In this document: piece by piece, positions 50,233-64,000 of the stretch
Layout of the letters: each line of letters opens with the position of its first letter
Position numbering within the stretch: the first letter of the stretch is position 1
Origin: Azolla caroliniana
Lineage: Eukaryota > Plantae > Polypodiophyta
Assembly: GCA_043228905.1 (NCBI GenBank)
Contig: JBHGNT010000065.1
Coordinates: 62,001-126,000, forward strand
DNA length: 64,000 nt
Reading direction: 5' to 3'
Translations under genes and position numbers: made by a program
The notes under the pieces: generated by a model
Told to the model about the DNA's origin: nothing
Seen by the model: only the letters and a program-made list of their open reading frames with translations
The model's database searches: none

Positions 50233-51444
50233 TTAGCGGTTCTGGCTGGGGTAATAAACTGGCATAGCGAAGTGCCGACCTATCGTGGCATCGTCGGCAT
50301 TCATTATTAATCTGGCTTCTATTTGGCCAAGAATGGGCGTGATAGCAGAATAAGAGGAAAACACTACAAAAGCCATTTATCCAATAGTAACGTGCGGTGC
50401 CTCCACTGGTTAACATCCAATCCAACCTAAAAGTAAGCAATCGGCCAAAGGCAACCGAAACATTCTTTAGTAAATTAGTCAAGAACTTAAACTCCGTACT
50501 GCGGAAGTGTTAAGGAAAAGTGGGGCCAGTGATGACACAAAAACTGGTCCTGTAGCGGCCACTCCTCCTAATTTGTTGAGGATACTTCACGGAATAGCAT
50601 AGATTGATAAGGGATACCATTCTAATACAATATAAGCCAGAGTGAACATCGGATTCGCAGGCATATAATTGTCGGAGTATCCCAAGACATTAGGTGCATA
50701 GAAGAGCCGGATGGAGAAGAAAATGGCAAATGCTACCCGACCCACCAAATCCTTGGCGTAAAGATAGAGATGAAAAGCAATTTTATCCACAGAAGAATTT
50801 ATGCCCAATGGATTGTTGAATCCGTATTAATATAACGCAGCCGGATAGATAGGACTAGCGCCTGCAATTACGAAAAGGAGTGAGTGATAAGGACTGGAGA
50901 AACGATTTAGGGTGGCATTGTCTACGGAGAAACCACCCCAAAGCCGAGTGACTATGGTATCTCCTACTATAAATACGACACTAGCTGAGCTGGTAGTTAC
51001 TATAGCTCCCCGAAAGCTCATTTAACCCCGGAAGAGTACATGGCCTGTGAAAGCGGTAACGATCGTTGATAGAAGGGTGACAACTCCGAGACACCGAATG
51101 AATTCTCTGAGACTGATATAGCTTCCATGATACGGACCGCAGAAAATATAGATATGAACTGCAGTGAAGAACATACTGGCCCCATTGGCATACATGTAAC
51201 AAAGCAACCAGCCTCCCTTCACATCTCTCATAATGTGTTCTACGCTGTTGAGAGCCAGATCGACATGAGGTGTATAATACATAGCTGAAAAGACGCCGAT
51301 AATGATCTAAATGACTGGACGAAGACCGGCTAACAAACCAAACCCCCACCGATGACTTATATTGCTCAGAATTAGATGATCTATCGAATGCTAGTTAAGT
51401 ATAGAAAATAAAGGCTATTTAAGAATTGGAAGTCACCTGGCCAT
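50233..51444 (-). CDS. cob: Apocytochrome b, intronless (needs editing)
   Basis: AMYYTPHVDLA.NSVEHIMRDVKGGWLL.YM.ANGASMFF...LWGGFSVDNATLNRF...DNYMPANPM...LEWY; continuous 404-codon frame. Confidence 0.94.
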
Positions 51445-51552
51445 GATAGTAATAGTAGTATTCGGTTCATTCTGTGTTTTTCCTTCTGCGTGCGGCCCCG
51501 AAAAGCGTTCATCATGCATCTGCCTTGATGGGGCCTGACTCTTCAGTGTCGG

Positions 51553-51942
51553 TTACTCCCAGTCCAGAGCGCCCTTTTTCCATTCATGAAGAGATCCAAT
51601 GGTCGGAATCCGTACAAACACCATCATAGACCGAAATCCAAACCAACCAATCTTGTTCGAGGATACTGCCCGGGGAAACGAGAGGGTCACTTCCGAATCG
51701 AAGATAATAAATGAAGGGGAGACCGAATAAGGTCATGTATCAAAACGACTTCTGACATCACCAAGTAGGTCAGAACCGCGTTCGTGAGCTGACAATTTAT
51801 CCGGATAGGCCGAACCTTTCAAAGCAAATGCGAAAAAAGCACCAATTGGGATCAGGGAAGGTAGCAAACTGATGACTAGGTAGAAAGAAATAGGGGCAAA
51901 TTCGAAAATGAGAAGAAAAGTCTTTACGGAAAAGAATGGCAT
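51553..51942 (-). CDS. nad3: NADH dehydrogenase subunit 3
   Basis: EFAPI..YLVISLL...YPDKLSA.E.G.D..GD.RSRFD.*..FIIFD.EVT..FP.AV..NKIG.FGF.SMMVF...EWKKGALDWE*. Confidence 0.93.
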
Positions 51943-52309
51943 TCTTTAGAACTTACTTCAGGAAGAATCATCCAGGGCTGCGGTTGCGGTTTCTTCTTTC
52001 TTGTATTCATAACTTTTTTCTATTGCTTTTTCGGCGAAAAGGCAAGCAAGTTTTACCTGACTTAACTGAAAAGCCATTTTCCTCTCTGCAAACTCCAGGA
52101 GAGAGTGGACTTCAGGAAATCACAAAGTGGGTCCCCAAGGAGGAAAGGAGGAGGGAACTTGTGAGGAAGTTTCCACCCTCCTTTCGGCCTCTGGGGTTAA
52201 ACAAGACCCAGATAAAGTCAAGTTAGAGAGCCGTGTAATGGGCGACTATTCCGCACGGTTCGGAGAGCACAACTACGATCACTTCTCCTCGGCAGAAGCT
52301 TGACTCTAT
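51943..52309 (+). other. 3' part of group II intron atp1i361, copy 2
   Basis: Domain V at 52228-52261, ends GACTCTAT; bounded upstream by divergent nad3. Confidence 0.82.
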
Positions 52310-53496
<1,187 letters not shown>

Positions 53497-53868
53497 TTCA
53501 AGAGATGGGGAAGGAGGCCCCCTCACGTAATTACTAAGGAGACCCTCCCTTTTGTTTGTAGGAGCGTTAGGCGGGTGAGCGGATAACGGCGGGAATTGAA
53601 CAAGCCGATAGATCACCGCCACCTAACCTATAGGTGGTTTGCGGGAATTGGCCCAGTTACCTCCTATAGAAATGCTTTGTTTGTTTGTCTTTTGGTAGGG
53701 ACAGTCATTACGCGTAGCTTCGTTGGACACAACGACTGGCAACGGTTGATTTCGGCCGGCAGCTTCGGGGAAAGGTTTGAACCCATGGCTATGGCAATCT
53801 ATTTTCTGGCTTCTTTTTTTCTAAAATAAATTCCGATTCGCTAGAGAGAGATCAATTGCTTGCTTGCT

Positions 53869-53942
53869 TGCGGGGTGGAGTAAATGGCCAACTCGTCAGG
53901 CTCATGACCTGAAGACTGCGGGTTCAAACCCTGCCCCCGCAC
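53869..53942 (+). tRNA. trnfM: tRNA-fMet(CAU), copy 3
   Basis: Repeat copy. Confidence 0.92.
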
Positions 53943-54972
53943 TACATGTTGTCAACAGTAAAAAAGCAAATGAAGATTATTGTATAATAATCCATGCTTA
54001 AGAATGGGAAACTAACGTGACTATTCATATTGTCAATTCGTTATCATTCGTGTTGTCAATGAGACGGTGACATTCCAATGAAGCGGTTTTCATCATCATG
54101 AAGGCCTTCATGCATGCATGAAGAACCTGTTTGGTTTGATGAACATGCCGGTTCATCATGCTTGCTGTTTAAAATACTCGTTAGGTGGTTCCGCTTTTCT
54201 TTTGGGGAAGGCGTGCGTTTCAGGCTTGCAGGGAAAAGTGCCATTTCCGAGTTCAAAGATTGCTGCTTTAAAGTGGAAAGAAAAGTGCAAAGCATCTTCT
54301 TGCCAGTGATTCATCAAGATTGCCGCCGGCTCGGTTTAAAGTGAAAAGAAAAGTGCTGCTTTGCTTTGCTTTGCTGGATTCGCAGATTATGGCCAGAAGA
54401 TGATATTGCCTTCTTGCATGATCCTTCTGAATTTTACCAACGGAATTTCGAAATTCCAGCATTCAATTCTTTCCGCAATCTGAGCCGCATTAAAGATTAT
54501 CGTATAATAATCCATGAATATTCAGGCCTTCTTGAAAGTTCAAAAGAAGAACTTTGGTAGCCATTTATATTACACTTTTTACCGCTTCTTCTTCTTCCGC
54601 AGTGCAGTTTTCTTGCGCTTCATGAAGAAAAGGTGCTGTTTGAAATTGTAGCTTGAATCTTATCGGAAAACTAACTCTAGGCCTTCTTGATGAACAGCTA
54701 TGGATAATACGGCGGAAGTTGCTTGCGGGGAAGAACCAAGGTGGTGGATGAACCCGCTGCTTCATCAGCGCGATGAAGACGATTAACGCTACTTATCGGC
54801 TACGGTAAAGTCAGACGGCCCGATGGGGGAGTTGGTAGCAGAAGCTAGACAATTGCGGCGCGGCCCAACAAGAAAAGAAGCGGATTGACGTGGCCGTAGA
54901 AAGAATGGATAAATTTCTATGTGACCTACAGAAAACAGAGCCGGCGAGACTCCGAAGTATCGCCGGCACTCC

Positions 54973-55045
54973 GGGTAATTAGCTCAGTTGGTAGAGCGCC
55001 TCGTTTACACCGAGGGAGTCAGCGGTTCGAGTCCGTTATTGCCCA
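54973..55045 (+). tRNA. trnV: tRNA-Val(UAC), copy 2
   Basis: Inverted repeat copy of 32485-32557. Confidence 0.95.
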
Positions 55046-55263
55046 TGGTTGTAAACTTGGTTATTAGGACGCCTTAGTTCCTATCAATCTAAAATAGAAT
55101 GATCAATTACCACGCTTAACCTTTCTGGTCGGAGGGGCCAAAGAGGAGGCCCTGCGGTACAACCTATTTGTTTTCTGAAGGCGTTGCGTGCGATTTACAA
55201 AGACCTGAAAGCTTGGCACGCTTTCCCGTTGATTATTGATGGCTCGTGATCTTGTCGGGAAAG

Positions 55264-55350
55264 GGATGGATGTCTGAGCGGTTTAAAGAGTCGGTCTTGA
55301 AAACCGAAGTATTCGGAGAGATACCGGGGGTTCGAATCCCTCTCCATCCG
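55264..55350 (+). tRNA. trnS: tRNA-Ser(UGA), copy 2
   Basis: Inverted repeat copy of 32180-32266. Confidence 0.95.
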
Positions 55351-55496
55351 TGAGTATGGTCATAAGTTAGCATTCCCACTTTCCCATCACCCTAACTTGA
55401 TTTGGAAAGCATATAGGCATTCTATAAGCCTTCTATAAGAGCCTGAGAGGTTAAAAGGGATCGTCGTAAGCGGGCTCCATTGAGCAAGTCGCGCGT

Positions 55497-55528
<32 letters not shown>

Positions 55529-55655
55529 GGGAGAATCGAAAAATACGGGGTGGTGTTTCAGTTTCCTCTAATTGCTACGCCATCCGAGCCATTGGCGTTC
55601 TTAGCTCTATCCAGTTAGCAGTGAAAAAGGGTGGTTTCGAAATAAGAATCGATGT

Positions 55656-55741
55656 GCGGATATGATGGAATTGGTAGACATGCCAGGTTTAGGTTCTGGT
55701 GACCTTACTCAGTCGTGGGGGTTCAAATCCCTCTATCCGTA
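55656..55741 (+). tRNA. trnL: tRNA-Leu(UAG), copy 2
   Basis: Inverted repeat copy of 31789-31874. Confidence 0.92.
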
Positions 55742-56119
55742 GCAGTTGGAACCTCAGAGTTATGCAATCATTAGGCCTCTAGTGAGAAATCAAATGGGTT
55801 TCTTCTCTCCCTTCAATCACTAAGCAGTCCTCCGTCGCCTGGAGAGTGATCCTCGAACGTGTATACGAGCCATCGTAATTACCCAATCACATATTTTAGG
55901 GCCCGAACCCGATCCAACGTACGTAGCCTCGAACCAATGAATCTGGTCACAAGAAACGAACGAAGCCCGAACCATACCTTCGAGACTGAACGACCCGAGG
56001 GGCTAACTGCCTGCCTGCAGAGACTGCACTTCCCAACTTTCTTTGGGAAAGGGACTGCCAAGAATCTGGTAAAAGAGTTCGAATGGTTCGGGGAACAATA
56101 GAAAGACGCTTTGGTTGCC

Positions 56120-56315
56120 ATCGGACAACCTAAAGACCCGAACAGGGTTGATTTATATAGATCTGGTAATAGTGAAGATACTTTGTAGTTTGATATGAAG
56201 CAATCGTACACCGCCGTATAGAGTGGTAGGTCCTTATACACTCTCTTAAAATGGTTAACAACCAACGCAACCAAAGCAGCTGCTTTTGGTGAATGAAAGC
56301 AAAAGTAGCTTTAGA
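56120..56315 (-). pseudogene. Plasmid-type RNA polymerase fragment, copy 2
   Basis: Inverted repeat copy of 31215-31410. Confidence 0.6.
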
Positions 56316-57720
56316 TTCTATTCAAACTAGAATTCGTTTATTATTTAAAGATATGAGTTTGTTTGATCAAAGAAGAAAACAAGGTTTTCTTTGTATTAAT
56401 AATATTTTCATTTATACCGCAATTTTTCTGCTGTCATACAATAGCATTAGAAAATGAGATATTGAAATTGAAAAAAAAGTGTTATAATGTAAGTTTAATG
56501 GTAAAGGCCGTGGCTATTTTGTTTTTCGATTAATTCAGACTCAAGAAAATCTGAGTCTGGGTCAATCTCTGTTGATAAACAATCTGACGGTAAAGATTTT
56601 AATAATAATAATTTAGACTCTGGAAAAGAGGCAATCCCTATTAATAAACAATCTAACAATAAAGATTCTAAAATATCGTAAGTATTTCAATCGTATATAC
56701 ATCGAAGGACGTTAAAATGTCTATTAGTTCTTTATCTTTCTTGAAGTGCGCAATAAACCTATCCTGCATGTTGGTTTGCCTTTTGTTGGTCAGCTTATCA
56801 ATCAAAAAGGTCCAGCGAGTTATTATAGATTGATCTCTCGTCAACAAATTGTTCGATCATTTTTTGCAAGTATTCCTTCCTTCTCAAGAAATCCGCCGAA
56901 TTTGTTTGGCCCAATCCATCGCTTATCATTAATCTTTCCTTACCTCTCTTTTCTTCGGCTTCAAGCTTAACCTTTGCTTCTTCGAGCAATTGGCACACGC
57001 ACGGTTTGAACGTACAAATTCCTATTTGAATATATTTCTTATGAGATTTATCTAACGCTGACCGCCAGAACATTATTCTTGATAATAAAGTTAGAAGCAG
57101 GCAAAAGAAATTCTTCAACCTCTGCTTCGCTATCGCCGTCACTATAGGGCTCTTCGCAGTCCAGGTCATCAAGTTCCGCCACAGCGAAGGCCTGTAATCT
57201 GAGACATTGTACACAGGATCGATGGAGTCGAGCTAGCCGCTTCATCGTTGAGATTAACCTTGAAAGGGCACGCACGGTTTGTTGTTTGCAGAGTATTCTC
57301 CAGGAGCAACGGTGAATAAACTCTCTGGAAACGAATCTTCATTGTTGTTAGGTGTCTTTTTCCAATGACTTAACAATGCCGGCAAAGACTTACTCCGTTG
57401 TTTTTTAACAAGTTAGACAGGGAGGGTATAGTGCTTTTTGTGCTGCTTTTGTGCCCCCATGTCCGAGGGGCGGGCTCAGATGCCCCCAATTATCAGTAGG
57501 GAAGGGAGTGCGAACTTTCTTCATTAAATTCACGTAGCACCAAATTCACACCAGAATCGAATTCTCGCTTTCTTTTTTTTTGGCAGGTCTCATTGTCAAT
57601 ATTAGAATCATTAAGCATTCGAACGATGGATTACCAATTACTCGATTCTGCGATGTAGGGTGTGTGCTGCTAAAGTGTCTAACAGCTCTTGACCCCAGCT
57701 CATTACATGTTTTCAATGGT

Positions 57721-58413
57721 TCACCGCCACCTATAATGCGCGAAACTTCTATTGGCCTCTGCCGGTTTATGAAGATCATCCCTTCTTTTACGAACATTTC
57801 CCTTTCTTTGATAAGCATCCGGTATCTCAGCAGATGAACATTAATCCAAGCTCTGGCTATTTCTGCTCATAGTACGTCATTTGACAGCTGCTTCCATGAT
57901 CCGACGAAAAGCTAAGGTTTCTTAACGTTCTTTGGCAATAATCTTGAGTACATTACGAGTAGTCCCTGCGATTCTCACTTTCTTGATTTCGCGAGTAGGC
58001 TTGACATTCTCTATGGCGTTAGCCAGGAGTGTGATAACATGAACATCGGGTTCAGTTCAGGAAAGACGAGAAGAAGTTTAGGAAACAATAACACGAGATT
58101 TTGTTCTTTTACCATCAATCATACAAAAGTGGACTAATTTCTTGATTAATCTTTTTTGTTTATTATCCACTCCCCAGATGTAGCTTAATCTCTCCGAGCA
58201 GCTGTATGTGCTTCCTTCACGGCCTCCCTTGGGTCTGGGTGACAAAAGCCCTGCTAGATGGGCGCAGAAATATTTGCAATGGGATCGAAGCGGATGGCTT
58301 TCCGTTCCAAAAGTTTCCGCCGGTCATTCTGAAAGTCTTCCCGAAAAATTAAACCGGTCTGAAGGCGATGAGCGAGAAAAGCAACCATTCCCTGATTTGA
58401 CCTTTTTATTCGT
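57721..58413 (-). CDS. rps7: Ribosomal protein S7, copy 2
   Basis: Inverted repeat copy of 29117-29809. Confidence 0.9.
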
Positions 58414-58790
58414 ATCGAATTCTTAGGTTTCTCTGTACCATGTTTTAGTCTGCCTCATCTTCAATCCGGGATTCCCTACGAATCTTTAACTCCTCGAATA
58501 CGATGATAATTCACACCTAACGAATCTTTCACTCTACCTCCTCTAGCCGTAACCGCAGGATGCTCCTATGAATTATAACCCTCGCCAAAGATGTGAGCAA
58601 TGATATTCCTTCAATTGCTTGAACGTGCCTTGGCTATCTTGCATAAAGCCAGATTAGGTTTTTTTAGTGTTCTTGTCGAAACACGCGGGCGTACCCCAAA
58701 CTTTTAGAGACATTAATTCGAAGCTCAAGTACATGTTTTGTGACGTTTTGCCCTTCTACAATGACGAAGCAATTAATTTATGGTAGGCGT
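58410..58790 (-). CDS. rps12: Ribosomal protein S12, copy 2
   Basis: Inverted repeat copy of 28740-29120. Confidence 0.92.
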
Positions 58791-59249
58791 ATTTCGCAAT
58801 CTGTGTTTTTCCTTCTGCGTGCGGCCCCGAAAAGCGTTCATCATGCATCCGCCCGCTTGACACAGCACTCACCCCTTGACATAACCGAACGATTACCTTT
58901 CGGTTGGCGGTAAATCGTTTAGGTCAAGCAACCTGGACTCGCCACTACCGTACCTAGGGCCGTCCATTGCGATTATGCCGAGGGCGTCTGCCGTAAGCCT
59001 AGCAAAAGAAGAAGATATTGTTGTGATCTGGGAGGCGCGCGCCGTAGTAGCTGGGGTATCGGTTCTTTCCTCCTTTTATTTTCCCGGTCGGTGCTCTCAC
59101 CCTCGAAGAAGCATCGATCGGACGATCGCAAGGCGGCATTCTGTTTACGAAATTTCCATCGGCGGGCGTGCGTGAGAGGGGTCTGGACGCCGTTTTCTTC
59201 CGACCAGAACCCCATTAATTATGACGTTCAACATCACAGTATGCTCAAT

Positions 59250-59511
59250 TCATTGAGGTAGCCAGTCAAAGGCTACTGGAACGCCGAATACAGAAACTAC
59301 CCGAGCTAATGATAAAGGCGGGAAGACTTTCCGTCCAAGTCTCATTGGTTAATCATAACAATGTCATAGAAATGCTGCGCAAACCCATATATATACGAAC
59401 GGAAAGAAAATAACCTTTGTGCCAAACCAGATTGAGCCCGGAATTCCCTGGAAACTAGGAAGATCTAAAATGGATGGCCAACCTCCCGGGAAAGGCGGTG
59501 TACATAGACTA
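59250..59511 (-). CDS. nad1: nad1 exon 4, copy 2
   Basis: Inverted repeat copy. Confidence 0.92.
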
Positions 59512-60969
59512 GGAGAGTGAGGGCGCGGCTCTGTGGCCCTTAGCCCAATAGGTGTATCCACACCCTTCTCAAAGAACCGTACGTGACACTCTCGCGTCAT
59601 ACGGCTCCGTCCCGGGAATATTGAGTTTCCTCTTCTCCAACCAATGCAACGTTTAGGTCTTCGAATCCGATCTCTCTCTCGCATGGATGTCTCGGTGGTG
59701 GTTGGCACAGCAGCAGCAGAGTGGGATCGACTTACAGTTCAGGCTGGCCTACAAGGCGGTTCATCAAACCCGCCAACCCCTTTTTCATCATGAAGGCCTT
59801 CATGATGAACCGGTTCATCGGCTTAGAGCCCGCATAGACGGAGAAAAATCTCTAAAGTGAGTGAGTCCCCAGGAGAACAATGAGAGGTAGGTGGTCAAAG
59901 GCCGAGCGAGAAAGTTCCTGCCTGCCTGCCTGCCTGCCTGCCGGGGGGAGAGATTGAAGCCACTCAACCTACAGAAAGGGCAGCTGAAAACAACCAACCG
60001 GGTTTGTGCTTGCTGCTGATAAGCACACTTTCTTTAGGTTTTAACCCAGCAGAGAGAATGCGATAGCATTAAAGTGGGTTGGCTACCAGACCAGGGTACT
60101 CCTCCCTCCTCTAACTTGGAATTGATAGCGGAGCGTTAGTAGGGAGCTGTGAGATACGGTGCTTTACCTTCTGACTCCGAGAACGAATTTTTGGAAATAA
60201 ACAGTACCATCACTTCTCCCGCGGGCTCGAGCAAGGCGCCTGACAAGAGGCGCAGCGAGTCTTTCTCCGACCATTCCAAAAAGATCCCCTTTAACGTAAC
60301 GTAACGAACAAGTTTTCAGCAGAAATCCCTCTTCGCTGGGGGTTAAGTCGCCTGGTTCAGACTCAATTTGCTCATGGGACGCCAGTAGCAAGCAAGCAAG
60401 CAAGCAGTCTCTCGTCCGCAACAGGAGTACATGGGGCTGCCGTTGTCTCGGTGATTCTGTTTTGCTAGCCTTTCAGACTAGTGTCTACCACTGTTGTTGG
60501 TGAGTCTTCTCTCCCAGGACCAGAATGATTACCCCTGTCCAATGAGTTTACATTCATCCCTGGATGTCGGGTACTGTTTCCTTCCCCGCCATCTTTGTAG
60601 CCGTCACCTGTAATCCGTGCAAGTGTGTCCGCACCCCCTGGAGGAAACGAGAAGGGATTTCTCGGAGCAACCCTCCCTGGTTCCAGACCTAAGAGCGCAC
60701 TTTCCCATATGAGCATTCGATAGTATAGGTCTGGGGAAGAGTTGCGGGATAACCACCTGAGATATCCTCCTAATCTTAGATAGGTCGTCCGACGGGTTCG
60801 CGGTTCATTGCTGTGCTTACACACCAGGCTACCCCTCTTCGAAAGCTTCGCGGGACCTACTAGTCTTCAGATCGTCGCCCGGAGGAGTTTACTGCACAAA
60901 GCCCTTGAGGGGACGCTGGCTCCTGCAGGGAGCGGAAGCCCAACGAATGTCGGATGCAAGGCTCCGCAC
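59512..60969 (-). other. Group II intron nad1i728, copy 2
   Basis: Inverted repeat copy. Confidence 0.9.
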
Positions 60970-61303
60970 CTCATTAAGATCGTATTAGCATATTCTCCCG
61001 AAAGAGAGGGAGCAAATCCCATTAAAAGATATTCCGCATTATAGCCCACGACTGATTCAACTTCTACTTCTAGTAGATCAGACGGAGCTCGATTAGTTTC
61101 TACTGAGCGAAAGATAGAAAACAGAATCAATACGGAGAACAAGAGAATGCGAAACCATATCTGCTCTTACGCTATGACAATCTCACTAAAATTACAAAAA
61201 CCTACACAAATTAGTGCAGTAATGATAATAGGACCAATAGATACTTCGTACAAAACCATTTAGACGGCAAATCATGATACTCCTGAAAAAGCATATTTGG
61301 AAT
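60970..61303 (-). CDS. nad1: nad1 exon 3, copy 2
   Basis: Inverted repeat copy. Confidence 0.92.
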
Positions 61304-62819
61304 AAGGAGTGAAGCTGCTTTTCCACCAATCAACAGGATCAGTGTACGCTGAGTCCTCTCCGAACCATACGAGCACGTCGCCGCGCATACGGCTCTCTAC
61401 CCCAACAACTTGCTTTAGATCGCCCGGGAAACCCGCCCGTCGATGTTCCTTCCGTAGAGGCACATTGACACGTGGTTGGCGGGGAGGGCAAAGCCGTACG
61501 TGATAGTCTACCACCATCTGGCTTTCTTTTTCACTCCGAGAGGTCCGACGTAGTTGCAGGGGTTCGTCGTCTCCTGCTTCTCTGTCGTCCTCTTTAGTTT
61601 AGCGGAGTGGAAAATTCTGACTCAGCGCCTTCATGATGAACCGGCGCGCGCGCGCGCCTTCATGCATGATGATGAAAACCGCTTCTTTTCTTTTCTTTTC
61701 TTTTCTTCGGCCGCCATAAAGCAATGCTTTATAATACCTCGCTCCGTACCCTTCCGTCCCGTTTGGGCTTGGTTCTGGCCCCCCTCGAGTACGCCCGTTC
61801 TTGGCGGTCGTCCTCGTGGTTCGTTCCCAGCAGGCAGGACTCGAGAGGAGCGGGCCGGACGTCATAAATCCAGGTCCTGCGGTCTAGCCTTAGCCCTCGG
61901 TAAGCAGATCGATCGCTTCGTGTTCTCTCTCTGAATTTTGTGGTATGTCCTGTTCTTTTAGTTAAAACTGCTTGCTGGAGATCCACCAAACGACGATCAA
62001 TTCTATTCCGCATTGAGTCAGGTTTCGGGGATTCGAGTTTGCAGATTGCGTTGAGTAGAATCTGCCGAAGCTAGGCAGACATCCAGACTCCTTTCCTGCT
62101 GCTAGAAGAAAACAACGTGGAAAAAGAAATAAAGACTTTCCTCTTCCCTGAAAACTAGCGTCTTCCCCGTGCGTGCGTGAGGGGCCCCTTTCGGGGCGGG
62201 TACTATGAGTCCTCTGACTACCTGCCAGAACAAAATCTGGCTGGGTTTCGCCGGTATCACCTACGGCTCTCATCCCAGATGTCCTGGAATGCAGTAAATC
62301 GGGATGTCGTTCAGTCTCTTGTCCCCAAGAGGATGGGTAATGTGCCTTCATGCAATGGTTGCTCCAATCCGATCTGGCCGGCAAGCAATCCCAGCTGGCA
62401 GAAAACAAGACAGCGTACAGTCGTTCGCTCGGCACAGAGGTACAAGGATAACTGTAGGTCGTTGGCTACCCAAGGAGACTTCAATTCGCTAGGACGGCAC
62501 CTCATCCTGATCCACAAGGTTGGTTCTTCCACATGGTGTTGTTAGGTACTCCCTGGGAAGACAGGATCGACCTTCAACCATGCTTTTACGGCATGCTCTT
62601 CCTTTCTTCCTGAACTTCTTTGAACGTATCCCTATCCCCTTTTAGCCTCCTACACAAGAACCCCCCCTACCCTTCAAATCGCGAGTCAAGCCTATTACTA
62701 GTTCTGTCGAAGAGCCCTACACCCTGTATAGAGCAGATCATTCCACACTACAAACAATTTGACCACATGGGCGGGCCGGGCTGGCTGCTTTAGTACCACA
62801 GGTGACTGAACGGCCGCCC
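61304..62819 (-). other. Group II intron nad1i394, copy 2
   Basis: Inverted repeat copy. Confidence 0.88.
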
Positions 62820-62955
62820 TACTAGACCGACCCACTGTAATAATCCCATAAACCCCTGGAGAAGATATAGCAAATAGATAGAATGTACCTACATTTGGAT
62901 CCGACAATACCATACCATAATCAGAAAGTGTAACAGCCCGAGCAACCAAACTTAA
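62820..62955 (-). CDS. nad1: nad1 exon 2, copy 2
   Basis: Inverted repeat copy. Confidence 0.92.
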
Positions 62956-63033
62956 ATAGGGGTCAGTCAATGCTGCCCTCCAAACCGTACGTGGCAATCT
63001 TTTGTCATACAGCTCTCACTCGGAACACCTTAA

Positions 63034-63070
<37 letters not shown>

Positions 63071-63820
63071 GAGAGTATTGCCGTCCCTTCCGTTTCGAAG
63101 AATTGTTCCTTATTCTCAACGCCGGCCGGCCGCATACGTACTGGCCGCGTTGAACTAAGGTTTGTTCTGACTAGTTGCCTTCGCGGCTCGGCCAGGTTTC
63201 TGGCATTCCTCCCTCGCTACTATGCGACCTCTGAGACCGCGCATCGTTTACTAGACAATGCGAAGCGGTTACTTCCCGTGGTTGCTCTCTTTTCGTGTCT
63301 TTGCCTTTCGAGGACGGAGTAAGCGCTACGCACTTCCCTGCTTCGCCCCGTCAGAGCACCCAATGGTTACAGGTCTTTGCGCACCTGCTCGATTGTTTAA
63401 GTCAGTTCCTATGCTGGAATTACTTGTGGCTGGCTGTCCGGCAACCTTGACCGCTTCATGTGGAAGTCAAGGCTTTCGCCCAAACTGGGCCCTGGATTAC
63501 TCCGCCACACACATACTGACGTATTCTGTTCGGGATACGTAGCCCTTACTCAGGCAGTAGGTACGTACCAAGTGAGTCAATCTAACCTTTCTCGCATCAG
63601 CTGAGAGACACCACCGAGGAGGGCTAAGCCGTCCTTCCTTCGGGGACCGGGGAAACCGCTTTGCCCGGCTTCGCCCCTTTCCGACTAACTGCTCGCGAAC
63701 TCGATGGATTATTAGCCCAAGATGTTGTATTGGCCCGCCGTATATACTTCCAAGTCAAACATCTATGTTGGTTGTAGAAGGGTATTCTTCCGGAAAGAAA
63801 ACGAGCCTCGCACGGCGCAC
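62956..63820 (-). other. Group II intron nad1i258, copy 2
   Basis: Inverted repeat copy. Confidence 0.9.
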
Positions 63821-64000
63821 CGTAGATGTAATTACCAGAACCATTACAGAAAGAAAGAAATTAGCACTTGGAGGTGGAATAGGTTCTTTTAAAATTGATT
63901 TCAAACCATCCGCTAAGAGTTATAACAACCCAGATGATCCCACCACATTAAGACCCTTTCAACGTTACATGGAAGCCATGACTTTACGTTCGACTGACAC
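63821..64000 (-). CDS. nad1: nad1 exon 1, copy 2 (5' part beyond the window end)
   Basis: Inverted repeat copy of 23530-23709. Confidence 0.9.

Larger units (their letters stand above)
53808..64000. repeat. Large inverted repeat D, copy 2 (runs off the window end)
   Basis: Reverse complement of 23530-33722. Confidence 0.96.

Overview
Land-plant mitochondrial DNA, most likely a leptosporangiate fern. Every protein gene reads correctly only if both C-to-U editing (ACG starts, CGA/CAA stops) and abundant U-to-C editing (in-frame TAA/TAG/TGA at conserved Gln/Arg positions) are assumed, which is why the ORF track misses nearly all of them. Genes: rps2, atp1 exon 2 (x2), nad1 (4 exons; introns i258, i394, i728; second copy truncated by the window end), rps12-rps7 (x2), nad9, nad4L, rpl5, cob, nad3, rrn18, rrn5, the 5' part of rrn26, and 14 tRNA species (native, plastid-derived, one chlamydial-like). 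It also holds decayed plastid atpB, linear-plasmid DNA/RNA polymerase remnants, a nested repeat network (inverted repeat of at least 10 kb) and many microsatellites and palindromes. Highlights: (1) rrn26 broken inside a group I intron whose guide sequence predicts the absent 3' exon (trans-splicing); (2) one C whose editing would create both the rps12 stop and the rps7 start; (3) an in-frame nad9-rps2 chimera gated by two editable stops; (4) orphan atp1 exon 2 (probable trans-splicing); (5) nad1i728 with matR deleted; (6) leader/promoter modules shared by unrelated genes. Coordinates were read by hand. Editing and splicing are inferred, not observed.
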